In this document: piece by piece, positions 12,166 through 26,398 of the stretch
Layout: each line of letters starts with the position of its first letter
Position numbering within the stretch: position 1 is the first letter of the stretch
NCBI GenBank assembly: GCA_964016885.1
Contig: OZ024742.1
Span: 313,410,001-313,474,000 of the forward strand
Direction of reading: 5' to 3'
Length of the DNA: 64,000 nt
Source: Eledone cirrhosa
Taxonomy: Eukaryota
Position numbers and translations under genes: made by a program
The notes under the pieces: generated by a model
Databases searched by the model: none
What the model saw: only the letters and a program-made list of their open reading frames with translations
Told to the model about the DNA's origin: nothing

Positions 12166-13104
12166 ATCATCATCATACTTACACTTTTCCATGCAAACAT
12201 TATCTGGTAACAGACCTCTATGCATCGAATAGAGTAAGATTATTTTATTTTATATTAATGGGTGGTTCAGTGCTCAGATTGCTAAAAATAACAGTCAAAT
12301 TCTCCTTCAAATAACACTACTGTCTTAAAAACCACACACCCCATCATTTAATGTCCGTTTTTCCATGCTGGTAAACATTGGACAGGTGTTACAGACTAAG
12401 TAATGATATCATTGTAGCAACAGTCCACCTCTAGGTGGCTCATTTAAATACATTCTATTTTTGGCATGGATTTCTATGGCTGGGTACCGTTCCTAATGTC
12501 CATTATTTTATAGAGAACACTGAAGGCATTTTATCATGGCACCAGCATTAGGGAGGTTATCATGACCTTTCAACCCTTTCTTCGGCACAGCTTCTATGGC
12601 TTGGATGCTCTTAACACCAACATAATCATTATTTAATATCAGTTCTTCCATGCTGGCAAGTTGGGTGGGTTATCAGAGACCAATTGAAGCCACTGATTCA
12701 TCATGCAGACCAGGGTCCACATCTCAAATACATTCCAGCACTTAACAGAGTGTATTAGGTGCATTTTATTGTGACACAAGAAAGGTTGTCATGTCTTTGT
12801 GAAGACTCCTCTCAAGCCTATCTATGTTTGGCAAGTTTTCTATGGCTGTATGCCCTTAGTTCATTTTATCAAGGCACTAGCACTTGGGGGTCTACCATGC
12901 CCTTGACACAACTGAAGAGCATTCTCAACCCTGTTTGGCAAGTTTTCTAAGTTGAATGCTCTTTCTGAGGCCAACCACTCCACATGGTATACTGAGTGCA
13001 TGTTTTGTGGCACCAACACCAGAGGGGTTGTCATATCAGTATGTGACTGATTATTTGAAAACTTAGTGTTACAAAAGTACTGTCTATCCATCTGCTATCT
13101 TACA

Positions 13105-13435
13105 CCAAACACTTTATGTGTACTGGGAGCATTTCATCATGGTAGCAGCAATACCACTTTACAGAGTGGATGGAGTGAATTTTATTATAGCACCAGCATT
13201 AACACTTTACTGGGTGGTCTGGGTGCATTTTATTGTACAACCAGCACTAGCACTTTTCAGAGTATACTAGGTGCATTTTATCATGGCACAAACACAACCA
13301 CTTCACAAAGGGGGCTGGGTGTATTTTATTGTGGCACCAACACTAACATTTTCCAGGGTGTAATAAGTGCATTTTATCATGGTACCAACACTACCACTTT
13401 ACAGAGCGGACCGGGTGCATTTTATTGTGGAAATC
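13105..13435 (-). repeat. ~40-bp tandem array related to the RTE 3' UTR unit
   Basis: GGTGCATTTTATCATGGCACCAACACTACCACTTTACAG about 8 times. Confidence 0.75.
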
Positions 13436-15662
13436 TCAGTCATACTTTTGCGACTTTTTAGTCAGAGAAAGAAGGGAAGTGCCCATGAACCTTTTCAGGT
13501 CATCCAAGACTGCTGAGAGGCAAAAAAGTATCCTCAAACCAGAAGCATGGTTCAAATGTTTGCAATAGAGTAGACTCTGCTAAATGAATGTAAAGGCCAG
13601 ATGGTGGTGTTAATGGAGATAAAAACCAACTGTGTTTTTCAATACTACACTGATTACTAAACTGCCAAGAGACTTACTTAATGTAAGTCCATGTGTCTTT
13701 TGAAAATGAAGCAATAACAGAGTGGAAGAATTATTTTAGCCATTAGACACACACACACAAAACTGTTATATACATTTTTCGTTCATTGTATGAGGTGTCA
13801 AAACATTAGTCAAACCATGGTGACCTCCATGAGCTGCAGTGAAATATAGTCAGTTACTAGATGGTGGGTGCAAAGACAAGCTGAAAACTTGACACTTCAA
13901 AAAAGAAATGGAAAGTGAACTGTGTGTGGGGGAGAGAGTGAGAGAGATTTAAAATAAATTTTAAAATGGAAAATAGGTGTTGGGAGGGATATAGTCGAAC
14001 AGAAATACAGAAAATACACAAACAGGAGAGAATATATGGAAAGGAAAAAAGTGGTGGACATCCTCACCACAACTAGTTAGTGAGGTGGTTGTAAGAATGT
14101 GACAAGAATAAACTATTAAGTTACTGCTGAAAGATAAATATTTAGGCTAAGGTAAGGCTGGGGCTAAAATAAAAATTTAGAGGATGTGTGTGTATGTAAT
14201 AACCTCAAGTTGTCAGAAACTTCCCTTGCCATTACCTTCATGTCTTATCCAACACAAGCCACAAGGGAGCTCTCATGTGGTCACTTGACTTGCTAGAAAT
14301 ATCAGCCAACTCTCCCTTAAATTACAACCAACTGCCTTGAAAAGGGAGAACACATTGAATAATGTAGCGGTCATAGTTAGAATGCCTCTAATCATCATAT
14401 ATCTGTTCAGTCATGACATCTAAACAATTAATAAACATACCCAAATATCCACTGATCCTACCCAGCCATGCTACCATTAATACCACAACTGCGATACATA
14501 GCCACCTGGAGCTTGGCAACATTCAGCAATCTGATATACACACTTCAAATCTTTCTGCAGCAGGCAATTCAAAATAAAATTTAACAAACAAAACTTCCAA
14601 ATACACAAACATATGCACTAAAATTGTGCCGAGCAGAATGATACATGTATTAAGAAATTGCAACTGGATGCCATGCAGCTTTCACTATGTCAGTCAGTCT
14701 GTCTGTTTGTCTTACTTTAGAAATGTTTGAAATCAAGCAGAAAAGGAAGGAATATGGAGTATACTAAAGACTGGTTAATTTGACTGTTCATGTCAGGAGC
14801 CTTGGAAATTGTAAATTATCATAACTTTTAAATTACTGTGCTGGCTTTTCTTAATATGTTAAAATCTTTCTAAAAACCAGCATTATAAAGATAGGAAAAA
14901 TAAAATTTTCAACTCACACCTATAAAGGTTTAGCTGGCATACAATGAAGTTACATCTCAGAGGGGTTCTCTCAGGTATTTTAATAACAGGAGTTTTAGTC
15001 CTATCATGAAAAGCAACATATTATGAAGCATCTTGGTCAAGAACATAACATTTTTCCCAGTCCAAGAATCAAAAGCTTATGATTATGAGTCAAACACCTT
15101 AACCACTAAGCCTCATACCTCCAGCTTTATAAAAAGAAACCTATATACTAAATCCTTTTGAATTCTTATTTTCAAAATGATTTGAAAATCATAAGCAGTG
15201 TCTTTCATTAGCAATAAAGTAAATAAATAAAAGGGTTAATTTTCTTGACTAACCACATTGATTTCATAAGTTTGTATTAAATGCAGGTTTCTCTTTGTTC
15301 ACTTGTAACTTTGGATGTTGTTAGGGTGTTTTTGGTGTAGTTTTATTAAGAAAATTGTTTGTTTCTGTAGTCTTGGTGGATATATTTGTTCGTTGTTAGT
15401 GAGAATTTTGTGAATTGTTTCAGTTGTGAGGTGTACGTCGAGTAGTATGTGTTTCATTCGTCTATTGTGCAGACTGTGACAACTCAAATTGTTTATGTTT
15501 GTGTTTTAACCATTTCATTACCATATTTCTAATGAAATACACTATTTCAATTAATTAGTGAAGCATTTTAAAGGATTTACTACTTCTTTAGATGTAGAGC
15601 ATGCTTTAAGTGTATGATATGCACTGGGTGGCTACACAGAGTGTAACAGTCTAAGGATTACT

Positions 15663-15852
15663 AAATAATTGTTCCTACTTTTGGCACAAGGCCAGCAATT
15701 ATCTCAGTGCATTACTGGTACTTTATTTTATCGACCCCGTAAGGATGAAAGGCAAAGTTAACCTCGGCGGGATTTAAACTCAGATCATAAAGGAAGGTAA
15801 CTCTATGCTTCAAAGCATGGTGCCCGACCCTCTACCGATACTGCCAATCCAT
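15663..15852 (-). mobile_element. SINE copy
   Basis: Reverse complement of the SINE. Confidence 0.85.
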
Positions 15853-15879
15853 ACAGCAGCTACATATAAGTATTAAGTG

Positions 15880-16380
15880 TGTAAGAGAGGAGAGGATGTT
15901 GGGCTAGATCTTGGTGTGGTGTGATGGTGGATGTTGCGAACACTTTTGATTACTTAAGAAACATGTTGAATACAGAAGGTGGATCAGACTCGATGTCAGT
16001 AGCTAGAGTTAGATGTGCATGAAAGAAGTTCCAGGAGCTATGTGGTGTGCTAATAAGAGGAGTGTTACTGAGAGAGAAGTGCCATGATTTATAAGAGCAA
16101 AATATGGATGGTGAATGTGGAACAACAGAGAAGGTTGGAATGAATGGAAATGAGAATAATCCAGTAGATAAGCAGAATGCCACTCAAAGAAAGGAAGACA
16201 GACTGTGAACAGTAGCGGATGATGGAAATGGATGTTGTGAAGAGAAGTGGAATGAGATAGTTGAATCCTGTGTTGAGGAAGGATGAAAGTGATTGGGTAA
16301 GAGAAGTGATGGAAATGAATATAGAAGGAAATAGAGTAAGAAAACATGGCTAAAGGTGGAGTAGAAGGATGATGAAGAGA
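15880..16380 (+). mobile_element. Old degraded RTE LINE 3' fragment
   Basis: Remnants of YL..ML..EGG....VARVR..WKKFQEL and DWVR.VMEM.IEG; similar relics at ~24250-24580, 51660-51945, 53100-53260 and 53990-54150. Confidence 0.6.
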
Positions 16381-17379
16381 TGCAGATAATAGGGTAAATA
16401 AAGAAGCTTGTCATGAAGCCCTTCATGGCTAACCTTTGCTTTAACATGGAAAATGGCCATAAAACACATATCTGCTTTATGTTTGCAAGCAGGGAAAAGC
16501 AGACGTAAAATGATAATGATGATGATGATGATGATGAATGATTTGAGTATTTTTGTTCCCATATATACAATAGAAAGATGACAAAAGAAAAAAGATACAT
16601 AAACATTTTAAGACGAATTCTTTAGTTGTGTCAACCTCTCTAATTTTTAAAATAATGAAGAATTTAGAGGGATTTAAGCTGGTTTTTGAAACAAAGGTTC
16701 TTACATAAAATAGGTTTTTGTATAAGGTGATTAAAATTGTTGCTAAACATCTGAGAACCTGACTAGAAGATGATAATGTAATAATTGAGAAAGGGTTAAC
16801 CAATAATTGCCTTATGTGACACACAAGTGTCACTCCAGATCTTTTCTGCTTTTGCACTGTCAAACTGTGTAAATGGCTATATCAAATCAGCTTAGAATTA
16901 ACCATGGTATTTTTCTCAGATATTCTATTTCATATGACATTTAATTTTAAAGATAGTAAATATATCATGACTAGGTCTAGTAGTTGTAGTGGTGGTGGTG
17001 GTGGTGGTGGTGGTGGTGAAAAACATGGATAAAAACCAACTAATTATAAGAAACAAAGAAGACAGAGGAGAGGCCAATCCTGGATTCACAGTCTTCATAG
17101 ATACATATACATACAATACATGGAACACCAAGCCCATCCCACAATATGTCCAACATCATCCCACTTCCTTCATGACCACAGCTATGACCCGGTGCTTTCT
17201 TCATGGAATGTCTGCTCTCCACCACCCGGCAAGTAGCATTCAGCCTACAGCCCTCTCAGTTATAGTTATAGCATATGAGCAACACGTGAGCACCTGACCA
17301 GTACATAACAACTCATCTACACCATGCTGGCATGGAAAGTAGACATTAAACAGTGATGATAATTAGGATATATATATAT

Positions 17380-20300
17380 GTAGTTTGTCGTATTTCCCAA
17401 AACAAATCTGTATTTTTTGTTATTGCTTGTTAAATACGAGGGTTTTTGTCGTATTAAACAAAACAAATCTTGTATTTTTGTTATCGCTTGTTAAATACGA
17501 GGACCTCATTCAATCCTTACCTTCTCGCTATCTACCCAACACCATTATTATTACGTGGACCAATCATAAGCCAGAGGCCTATACTATCGCTTGCCTGGCT
17601 GCCTATGATGGATGGATGGACTACGGAATTCTGGAGAGTGGAAGAGAGAAAAATCTGGACGCTCAGCGACAATGCCAAAGATAAAGACAAATTCACCTCG
17701 TGGACGAGAATGCGAGCACTCCTCTTTGTTTCGGCCGCGGATGGCTAACATAACCCCATCTCCCCCCGCTCCCCACCTCCAAACGCAATCCAAAACTTCA
17801 GAGTTGGTACCATGAATGTAGGCACCTTAAAGGGTCGCTCAAACGAGGTTGTAGAAATGCTCGAACGTAAGGAGATCGATGTTTGTTGTATTCAAGAGAC
17901 CAGGTGGAGGGGTGGGTCTGCTAGAGTCATTGAGGGTAAAAAACGATGCTATAAGCTTTTCTGGGTGGGAAATGACGATGGGCTGGGTGGAGTAGGAATC
18001 ATGGTAGCAGAAAAGTGGGCAGATAAGATAATAGACGTAAATAGAGTGAACGACAGAATAATTAAAATAAGACTTGTCCTCAATAGAACTACGGTGACTG
18101 TAATATCTGCGTACGCACCCCAATCCGGACTGCCAGGCACTATAAAAGACAGATTCTATGAGACACTGATGCTCACTACCTCCCAAATAACCGACAGTGA
18201 CTATATAATTATTGCATGCGACCTAAATGGTCACGTTGGACAACATTGTGACGGCTACGACGAAATCCATGGAGGCTATGGGTTTGGTACTAGAAATGAG
18301 GAAGGCTCCAGAATCCTGGAATTCTGTGACGCAAATAACCTAACTATCTGTAACACTAACTTCAAAAAACGAGACAATCACTTGATCACCTATAGATCGG
18401 GGGAACACACAAGCCAGGTAGATTATATCCTTACCAGAAGACGTGACAGAGTGTCTGTTGTTAACACTAAATCCCTCCCCCATGAAGAATGCACCTCCCA
18501 ACATAGACTGATAATTAGCGACCTCATAGTCAGGACGAGACGTACTAGACAGCAGAAGAGGACTATCCTCAGGAGAAAAATATGGAAGCCAAAGGACCCC
18601 ATAGCCAGAAATAAATTTAAAAGCATACTACTTGATGCTTTCGACAGTAAGGAAGAGCAATTAGAGTCGTACAATATAGAGGAGCAGTGGGAATTCCTGA
18701 AAGCAAACCTGCTGATGGCGGCAGACGAAGTCTGTGGCTGGAGCAGGCCTGTAGGCAGGAGGAGAGTAACATGGTGGTGGAACAGTAAGGTGGAGGGGTC
18801 AATTAAGGCCAAAAAGCAGGCTTGGAAAGTATGGCGGGATGGGGGAAGTAGAGAAGACTATCAAGTGACCAGGAGGGAAGCTAGGAGACAAGCTAGGAGA
18901 AGCTAGGAGACAAGCAGAGGAAAGAAAGTTCAAGCATGTTCTACAACGCGAGGACCAAAAACGTGAGGTGTTCAGGATTGCTAGGCAATGTGTCAAGGAA
19001 AACCGTGATATTGTTGGGAAGAAGTGTGTACTTAATGATGACGGCGTACTTGCCATCACCGATGCTGATAAGAAGGTAGCTTGGAAGTGTCACTATGAAA
19101 GGCTACTAAATGAGGAGAATAAATGGGAGAAAGACAGTCTCCCCCACATCGACCCAATAGAGGGACCAGCAGTGTTAGTCGAGGGTAGTATAATAAGTAA
19201 GGCAATCAAGGATATGAAGACGGGTAAGGCAGCTGGGCCTTCAGAAATAGTTGCTGAGATGCTGAAGGCATCTGGCACGGTGGGACACACCATGGTTACC
19301 CGGATAGTTAACCAAGTCGTACAGAATGGGGTTGTTCCGAAGGACTGGCGTAGCAGCATCATCGTTAACTGTTATAAGGGTAAAGGAGATGCCCTAGATA
19401 GGAGTAACTATAGAGGCATTAAATTAGTCGACCAGGTCATGAAGGTCACGGAAAAAGTAATAGCGCAACTAATCAGAGAGAGAATTGACCTAGATGAAAT
19501 GCAGTTCGGGTTTGTGTCAGGCAAAAGTACCACAGACGCTCTTTTCATTGTACGACAACTACAGGAGAAGTACCTAGCTAAAAGTAAACCCCTATACTTA
19601 GCTTTTGTTGACTTGGAGAAAGCCTTCGACAGAGTCCCCCGTTCCATTATCTGGTGGGCTCTTAGAAAGCTAGGTGTCGACGAATGGCTTGTGAGAGCTA
19701 TACAAGCCATGTATAAAGAAACAGTCAGCAAGGTTAGAATTAACAACGAATATAGTGAAGAGTTTAGCGTAAAAGTTGGCGTCCATCAGGGCTCTGTTCT
19801 CAGCCCCCTACTATTTATTATTGCCCTTCAGGCTATAACAGAGGAGTTCAAGACCGGCTGCCCATGGGAACTCCTATACGCAGACGACCTAACACTCATA
19901 GCTGAATCAATGGCTGAGCTAGAGAAGAAATTCCAAACATGGAAGCACGGCCTAGAATCAAAAGGCCTTAAAATTAACCTGGCTAAGACCAAAGTTCTAG
20001 TTTGTAGGAAAGAAAATAAGGCGGCGGTCCCTTCCGGGAAGTGTCCATGCTCAGTGTGTAGGAAAGGCGTAGGTAGAAACTCCATTTTGTGTCAGAAATG
20101 CAAAGTATGGGTGCATAAAAGATGTAGTGGGATCACAGGTAAGCTAACTAAGAACATAGATTTCACATGTGGCCGGTGCTCTGGTGCAATAAGTAGCAGC
20201 AAGTGCCCACAAAATACTAGCTCTTTCAACTGCGCAGAGGGCTCTATAGAAATAGTGGACAGCTACCGTTACCTGGGTGACAAAATCAGCAGTGGGGGAG

Positions 20301-21205
20301 GGTGCTCTGAAAGTACAGTAGCTAGAGTCAGAACTGGATGGAAAAAGTTCAGAGAGCTTATACCACTATTAGCCGCTAAAGGGTTCTCCCTAAAAATGAT
20401 GCCTGCATACGAACAGCAATGTTGCATGGCAGTGAGACCTGGGCATTGTGTGCAGAGGATATACGCAGACTAGAGAGGAACGAAGCTTGCATGCTCCGCT
20501 GGATGTGTAATAGTAATATACGTGAACGGCAAAGCATAAACGAACTAAGGAAAAAATTAGAAATAAGAGGGATCAGATGTTGTTTACTCGAGAGAAGGCT
20601 ACGTTGGTATGGACACGTGATGCGCATGAAAGTCAATAGCTGTATAACAAAGTGCAGGGCAATAAAGATAGACGGTAGCCACGGAATAGACAGACCTAGA
20701 AAAACCTGGGACGAGCTGATAAACTCCGACCTCACACACTTACACCTCTCCAAGACAATGTCACTGGACCGAGACCTTTGGTGGTACTCAGTAATAGAGA
20801 AGACCCGCCTTACCTAAATACATAGTAAAACCTACTACAGTCAGTAGGCATCTCTAACAAAATACACCCTCATCCCACCACCCCCATCCCATCCACACCG
20901 CCTCCTTCTATGTAAAGTTATGTTGGTGCCACACCATCCAGGCCGAAACAAATGAGATCGTGTAGGTGTCACGACAAAAAAACACACAGTCCACGCTGTA
21001 ATGTGGCCGTGTAGGCAACACGGTAAAAACCTCCCAGACCCACACTGTAAATGTGGTTGGTGTTAGGAAGGGCATCCAACTGTAGAAAACCTGCCAGACA
21101 GTCCTATGCGAGCAAGACAATCACTCTTGCCTCAAGTGGGAAAACCCCCGTCCAAACCCATGCAAGCGTGGAACACGGACATTAAACGTTGATGATGATG
21201 ATGAT
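17380..21205 (+). mobile_element. Near full-length RTE-clade LINE (APE + RT + PHD-like finger), disabled by frameshifts
   Basis: APE motifs (NVGTL, CIQETRW, SAYAPQ, DLNGH, VDYIL, SQHR) at 17812-18906; RT with YADD at 18968-20400; C-terminal WYGHV..GxxRPRKTW; (GAT)n tail. Frameshifts near 17800, at a GCTAGGAGA duplication ~18880-18915, and at a ~16-nt deletion ~20399. Confidence 0.95.
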
Positions 21206-22137
21206 ATATCAACGTTTAACATCCATTTTTCCACACTAGCATGAGCTGTCCTGTTGTGAGCAATGCCAAGATATCATGCAATGGGATTGAACCCAGGACC
21301 TACTGATTGTGAAGCAAACTTTTTAACCATTTGGCCATACTATGTCCACTCCAACTAAATATAAATTTCTTGAACTGTACATAATTTTCCTAATTCCTTC
21401 AACAGAATGACCACGGCACATTCTCAGATTGATGATAAAAAAATATAAATTTGTCAAATGACAAGACAATTGCTATGGGAACGTTTCACCCATTCATTAC
21501 AATATTTCTAATGAAATACACTATTTATGGTTTTCAATTAATTTTGTAGATAATTAAGAATTTGGAGAAGCTTATACAATAATATAATTTTCTCAAGTAA
21601 GTGTTTGGAGCATAACTTAAAGGTTCTTACATAGGACTATGATAGGTTTTTAGATAAATATAAACACTTTAAAATAAACAACAAAACTATATAAGAAACC
21701 TTTTACATGACATAACAATCTTAAATTGTTTTGACAAAGCCAATAAACAATGTATTCCCTCACAGCTGTCAGGTTAAAATCAACACCTATTTACCTATTT
21801 GTCAGTTAACTTTTAAAGACAATCTGGCCTTCAATTGTAAACACAGCCTCAGATATAAGGCCCAAGCAATGATAGCTACAAAAACGTTGCTGCAACCAAA
21901 TAAAGCTCTACAATTGTACAGGCTTTTTTCAAACCAAATTTCCTAGTAATTTAAAAAGAAAAACACCTTTCTCCATATCATATACTGACGGACATGAACA
22001 AAGTGGTTGGGAAATAATAACATTCCATTCTCAGTTTGTTTCTAGGCTTTTCTCTTAAAAAAATAACAGATCAACATATACTTATGAACTAGCATTACAT
22101 ATACCTACAATAAGGAAGCATTATGTGTACCTATAAA

Positions 22138-22303
22138 ACAGCACTATGTGTACTAGTGAGACAGCATTATGGTGTACCTATAGTGAGACAGCATTATGGT
22201 GTACCTATAGTGAGACAGCATTATGGTGTACCTTTAGTGAGACAGCACTATATGTATCTTTAGTGAGACAGCACTATATGTATCTTTAGTGAGACAGCAC
22301 TAT
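22138..22303. repeat. ~26-27-bp minisatellite, about 6-7 copies
   Basis: Unit TAGTGAGACAGCATTATGGTGTACCTA. Confidence 0.9.
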
Positions 22304-22526
22304 GAGAAAGTAGAGGGAAGGACTATAAATGCCATAAATGTGAGCAAAAAGTGAGGAGTCTTGGGCCATAGAAGAAAGGGGGGGAAGGGGATAGGGTGAT
22401 GGGCCCTATGTTGAGAGTGTGGCAGACAAAATTAAATGCATTTCCATGGACAATTGCCAGCAACACCTGCTGCAACAGCCACCCCACCTCGCAGGGTTCC
22501 TTCTGCAGACAGGCTGCTGACATTAA

Positions 22527-22703
22527 ATTTTCATTTTGGGTTGCATTCTAAACATAATCATCTACTTTTTGAAAACTTTGTGTACATTTTATGAAACATA
22601 TCTGACAATCTTGCACTAACATGTCATATCTGTTTCATAAAATGTACACAAGGTTTTCCAAAAGTAGGTGATTATGTTTAGAATGCAAACAAAAATGAAA
22701 AAT
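22527..22703. repeat. Long palindrome (~80-bp arms, ~14-nt loop)
   Basis: TTGCATTCTAAACATAATCA...TGTGTACATTTTATGAAACA mirrored by TGTTTCATAAAATGTACACA...TGATTATGTTTAGAATGCAA. Confidence 0.88.
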
Positions 22704-25625
22704 CATCTTGTAGGAATTATTGTGTATAAGAAGTTATCTTGAATTTCAATGTTTATTTCTTGTCTATCTACTAACACTAATCAGAATATAGATGTACAAG
22801 CCTGTGAAAATGACAATGCAATCATTAAAGAAAAGCAAGTCATCCATAATTGTGTCATATAAGATAGCAAGGCATCCATGTAGTAACCATAGACTTGTAT
22901 AATTTCTGTACTTGCATTCCCTGATTTTCTCTAATAAATTTAATGAAGTCAGAAAGACCAGGAAGTAAACATTTCTTCATTGATTAGGTTGACATCAATC
23001 TCTTAAAACTTTTCATTACCATATTCCTAATGAAAAGCTCTTGTGAAGGTACATGGTTTAGTGGTAAAGGTGGTAGGCTCATTATTGTAAGGTTAAGAGT
23101 TTGATTCCTTAGCTGGATAGTGCATTATGTCATAAGCAAGACACTTTATTTCACAGTCTACTCAGTTGGTAAAAATGAATTGTGATGACACTAGTGCCAA
23201 ACCATTTCAGCTTTTTGCATGGACAGCATTGGTGTTATGGGCAACTACTGGTCTTCAATTAAATACTCTACCTAGGCTTGTGCATCAGAGAGGCAAACCT
23301 ATGGTCAGTCATTCATGTGTGCATAATTCATGGCCAGTCATGACTAAAGGGAGCCTTTTCTCCAATGAAAAACTGCTGGGATTTGGAACAAAGGTTCATA
23401 CATGAAATTATGACGGAAGGTTTATTAAATAAATATAAACATTTAAAAAAAAATCAAAGGTAGTTCCAAGGGGTTTAATATAAAAAGTGTTAAACTTAAG
23501 CTACTGATATTTCTATTGGAAGTTGTTGTCTTGAAACTGCTCCTACTTCTATAACAGAAAACTGTTTATATTCATCTACCCTACTCCAAACCTTCACTCC
23601 GGATACACTTTGCCTACATAACCCACACATACAAGCAAAAAAGCTGGACATACTCTACATCTGATCTCCCACAATGCTGTTGCCACAATAGAAAACACTA
23701 AATCCACCTTGCATGCTGCTCCAGCGCCACAACAAAAAGCACCCTGTAAGATGGTCATGGTGACATGACAAAAAGCACCCAGTCCACCCTATTAAGAGGT
23801 CATGTTGGTGACAACTAAAAACACCCAGTCTACCCTGTTAGGTGGTCATTTCAGTACTACAACAAAAAGTACCCAGTTCACACTGTAATACACTTGGCAT
23901 TAGGAAGGGCATCCAGCTGTAGAAACCAAGCCAAAATACAGGTTCGTATGAGCATGACAGTCTCCAAACTTGTCTTGTCTCATAACTTGACTACATGTTT
24001 AACCCATGCAAGTATGGAAAATCTATGTTTAATGACAATTTCCATTATAATTGTATGTAAGAATTTTGTTACAAGCACCAGTTTAATGAGAAAGTTTGAA
24101 ATATTTCTAAATATCACCAAAGTCTTTATTTTCGAAATTAACTAAAAACAATAGTGTTTTTCATTAGAAATATAAGAAGGTTAATGACCTAAGAGGCCTA
24201 TATATACATCATAAATGTTGTGCAACTCACATCATTTTGTTCAACGTCACATGCGTGCATGGGTTGGGCAGGTCTTTTTCAGCACATCTCTTAACTTGTC
24301 ACATTCATTCACCATCTCCTTTGTGAGCTTCAGCAATTTGAGATCAGCTTTCACTACCTCCGCCCAAGCTTCCCTTCACTGCAGCTTCCTTCTACTGAGC
24401 TTTCTTCACCAGCAATCATCATCCATGCACATCATATGTACATACCAGCACAGTCTTCTTTCTTGCACATTTATCAAAGCATGCATGCTTTATTTCTCTC
24501 CAGCAGTCGCATGTCCTCTGCGTTCACTGCCAACGTCTCACTACCATGCAGCATAGCACTTCCTACTCTCACTCGATATGTAGAAAAAGAGTAGGCATAA
24601 ACACTATATAATGTACACAAAAGGTGTAGTGGGATAGCAGGAAGGCTAACAGGAAAGAAGACTTTGTATGTAGATGTTCAGGGACAATTCATAATAAGAG
24701 TGCCAGTGATATAAACTTTTTCTAATCCCAGATAGGATCCTTCATCAGTTTCACAATGAGTACCCAATTGTTCAATCAATGGAATAACCTGCTTATAAAA
24801 TAGATATGTAAGTTACACAGGATTCATGTCTTTATTGTAATCATCAGCATCACTCAGCAGACCTGTTCTTACAAGCTAACAAACAATCCTATACTTAGTT
24901 GTTCAACCTGTTAGAAATATCAGTCAAATGTCTCTCATATGACGCCTTATAATAAAAAAAAAAAAAGGAATGTACATTGGATGATGTAATATATGTAATA
25001 GTAGATACACCATGACTGGGGAAAATAAAGGGAGGTCACAGCTGAAATGCTTTTCTCTCTAGTTGTTTGATCACAGCTGATCTTCCATTAAAGACACTAA
25101 CAACTGTTCTAGTTCCCTCTCAATTATAAATCTGAATACAATTAACTCAGTTTTTGCCAAACTTTGTAAGATTCTAACCATCAGCTAAATAGTACAGTGA
25201 CATCATCATTATCGAGCAGTTCTATTTAGGCTAAATTTTTTAAACAATTTAGACTCAAGTTGGAAGTGTTCAGTGCTATAATTGTAGCCAGTAAAACAGC
25301 AGGAAAAGGGATATGAAAACCATATTCAGTTCATGACCTACTCTATAGTTTAGTAAACTGAGGTAAACTAAAGTACCAGTAATGTACTGGGTAATTGCTG
25401 ACTTGTGCCAAAAAGTAGAAACAATTAATAAAACAAAAATAATATTTGGTTAAAATATATTTTATAAAACCCCTAAAAAATGTTTCTCCTCAGTAAAGAA
25501 CTAACATCCATGAAAGAATTTTACACATGTATCATCTATCGACAATATAACACACACGCTTCAGTATTGTTTAATAAAATGGAAGGTCTGATCATTATTT
25601 TACAAATGTATTTATCTTTTTGGAG

Positions 25626-25666
<41 letters not shown>

Positions 25667-26145
25667 CATATTAGTGGCCCACGGGATTTAAAATTAAGAA
25701 TTTAGTGGTTCGTGAGAACCGAAAGGTTGGCGACCGCTGCTCTAAATCCTTGTACTTATCTGATTTATATCATGAAATCAAAGCTAAGAAACAAATCTAC
25801 TAGTTAACCCTTTAATGTTCAAACCGGCCAAAACCGACCAGAATTCTCTATCTTTTTCTGTTGAAACTGGTCACTCAAAAGATGTTAAGGTATTGTTCTC
25901 AAAATAAATACTTTCAAAATCTCATAGATTCAATATTATGTGAGATAAAGTATTTACCATAAAAATATAATAGTATATATAGAGTAATGTGAATGCTAAA
26001 GGGTTAAATGACACAGTATAAAATACCATATACAGAAACAATTGAATTCCAATGATGAATTTAAATTCATGAACCATGTGTAGGTAGTTCCTTACCATAT
26101 ACTTTAGGCTATTTCATCTTTACTCAAATGTTTTTTTATATGAAT

Positions 26146-26398
26146 TAACCCTTTCATTACAATATTTCTTATGAAAGATACTGTCTACAATTTTCAAATA
26201 ATTTTGAAATTAATCAAGTATTTGGAAAGATTTATTGATAAAAGAAACTTTCTTATTGTCAAATTGGTGTTTGGAACAACTTCACAGAGGATATTACACA
26301 AAATTATAATGCAAGCTTTTTAGATAAATATAAACACAAACAGCTGTGTTTCAGGAAACCAGAGACAGCTTCTGCTGGTTTGATATAAAAAGGGTTAA
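26146..26398. mobile_element. Second piggyBac-type MITE family
   Basis: TTAACCCTTTCATTAC...AAAAGGGTTAA; partial relatives near 15507, 21487, 24050-24183, 48988, 56455 and 56931. Confidence 0.6.

Noticed and set aside
15299-15487. MKHILLD ORF resembling a LINE C-terminal zinc knuckle
   Set aside because: Too degraded to assign; key cysteines missing.
16925-17297. ORFs with poly-V/T/H/K tracts (also 16477-16863, 25480-25674, 55595-55891, 56894-57271)
   Set aside because: Translations of microsatellites and homopolymers; no splice or homology support.
22138-22303. Regular short repeats resembling a CRISPR array (also 37702-38058, 13105-13435)
   Set aside because: Head-to-tail units without unique spacers, eukaryotic context, no cas genes.
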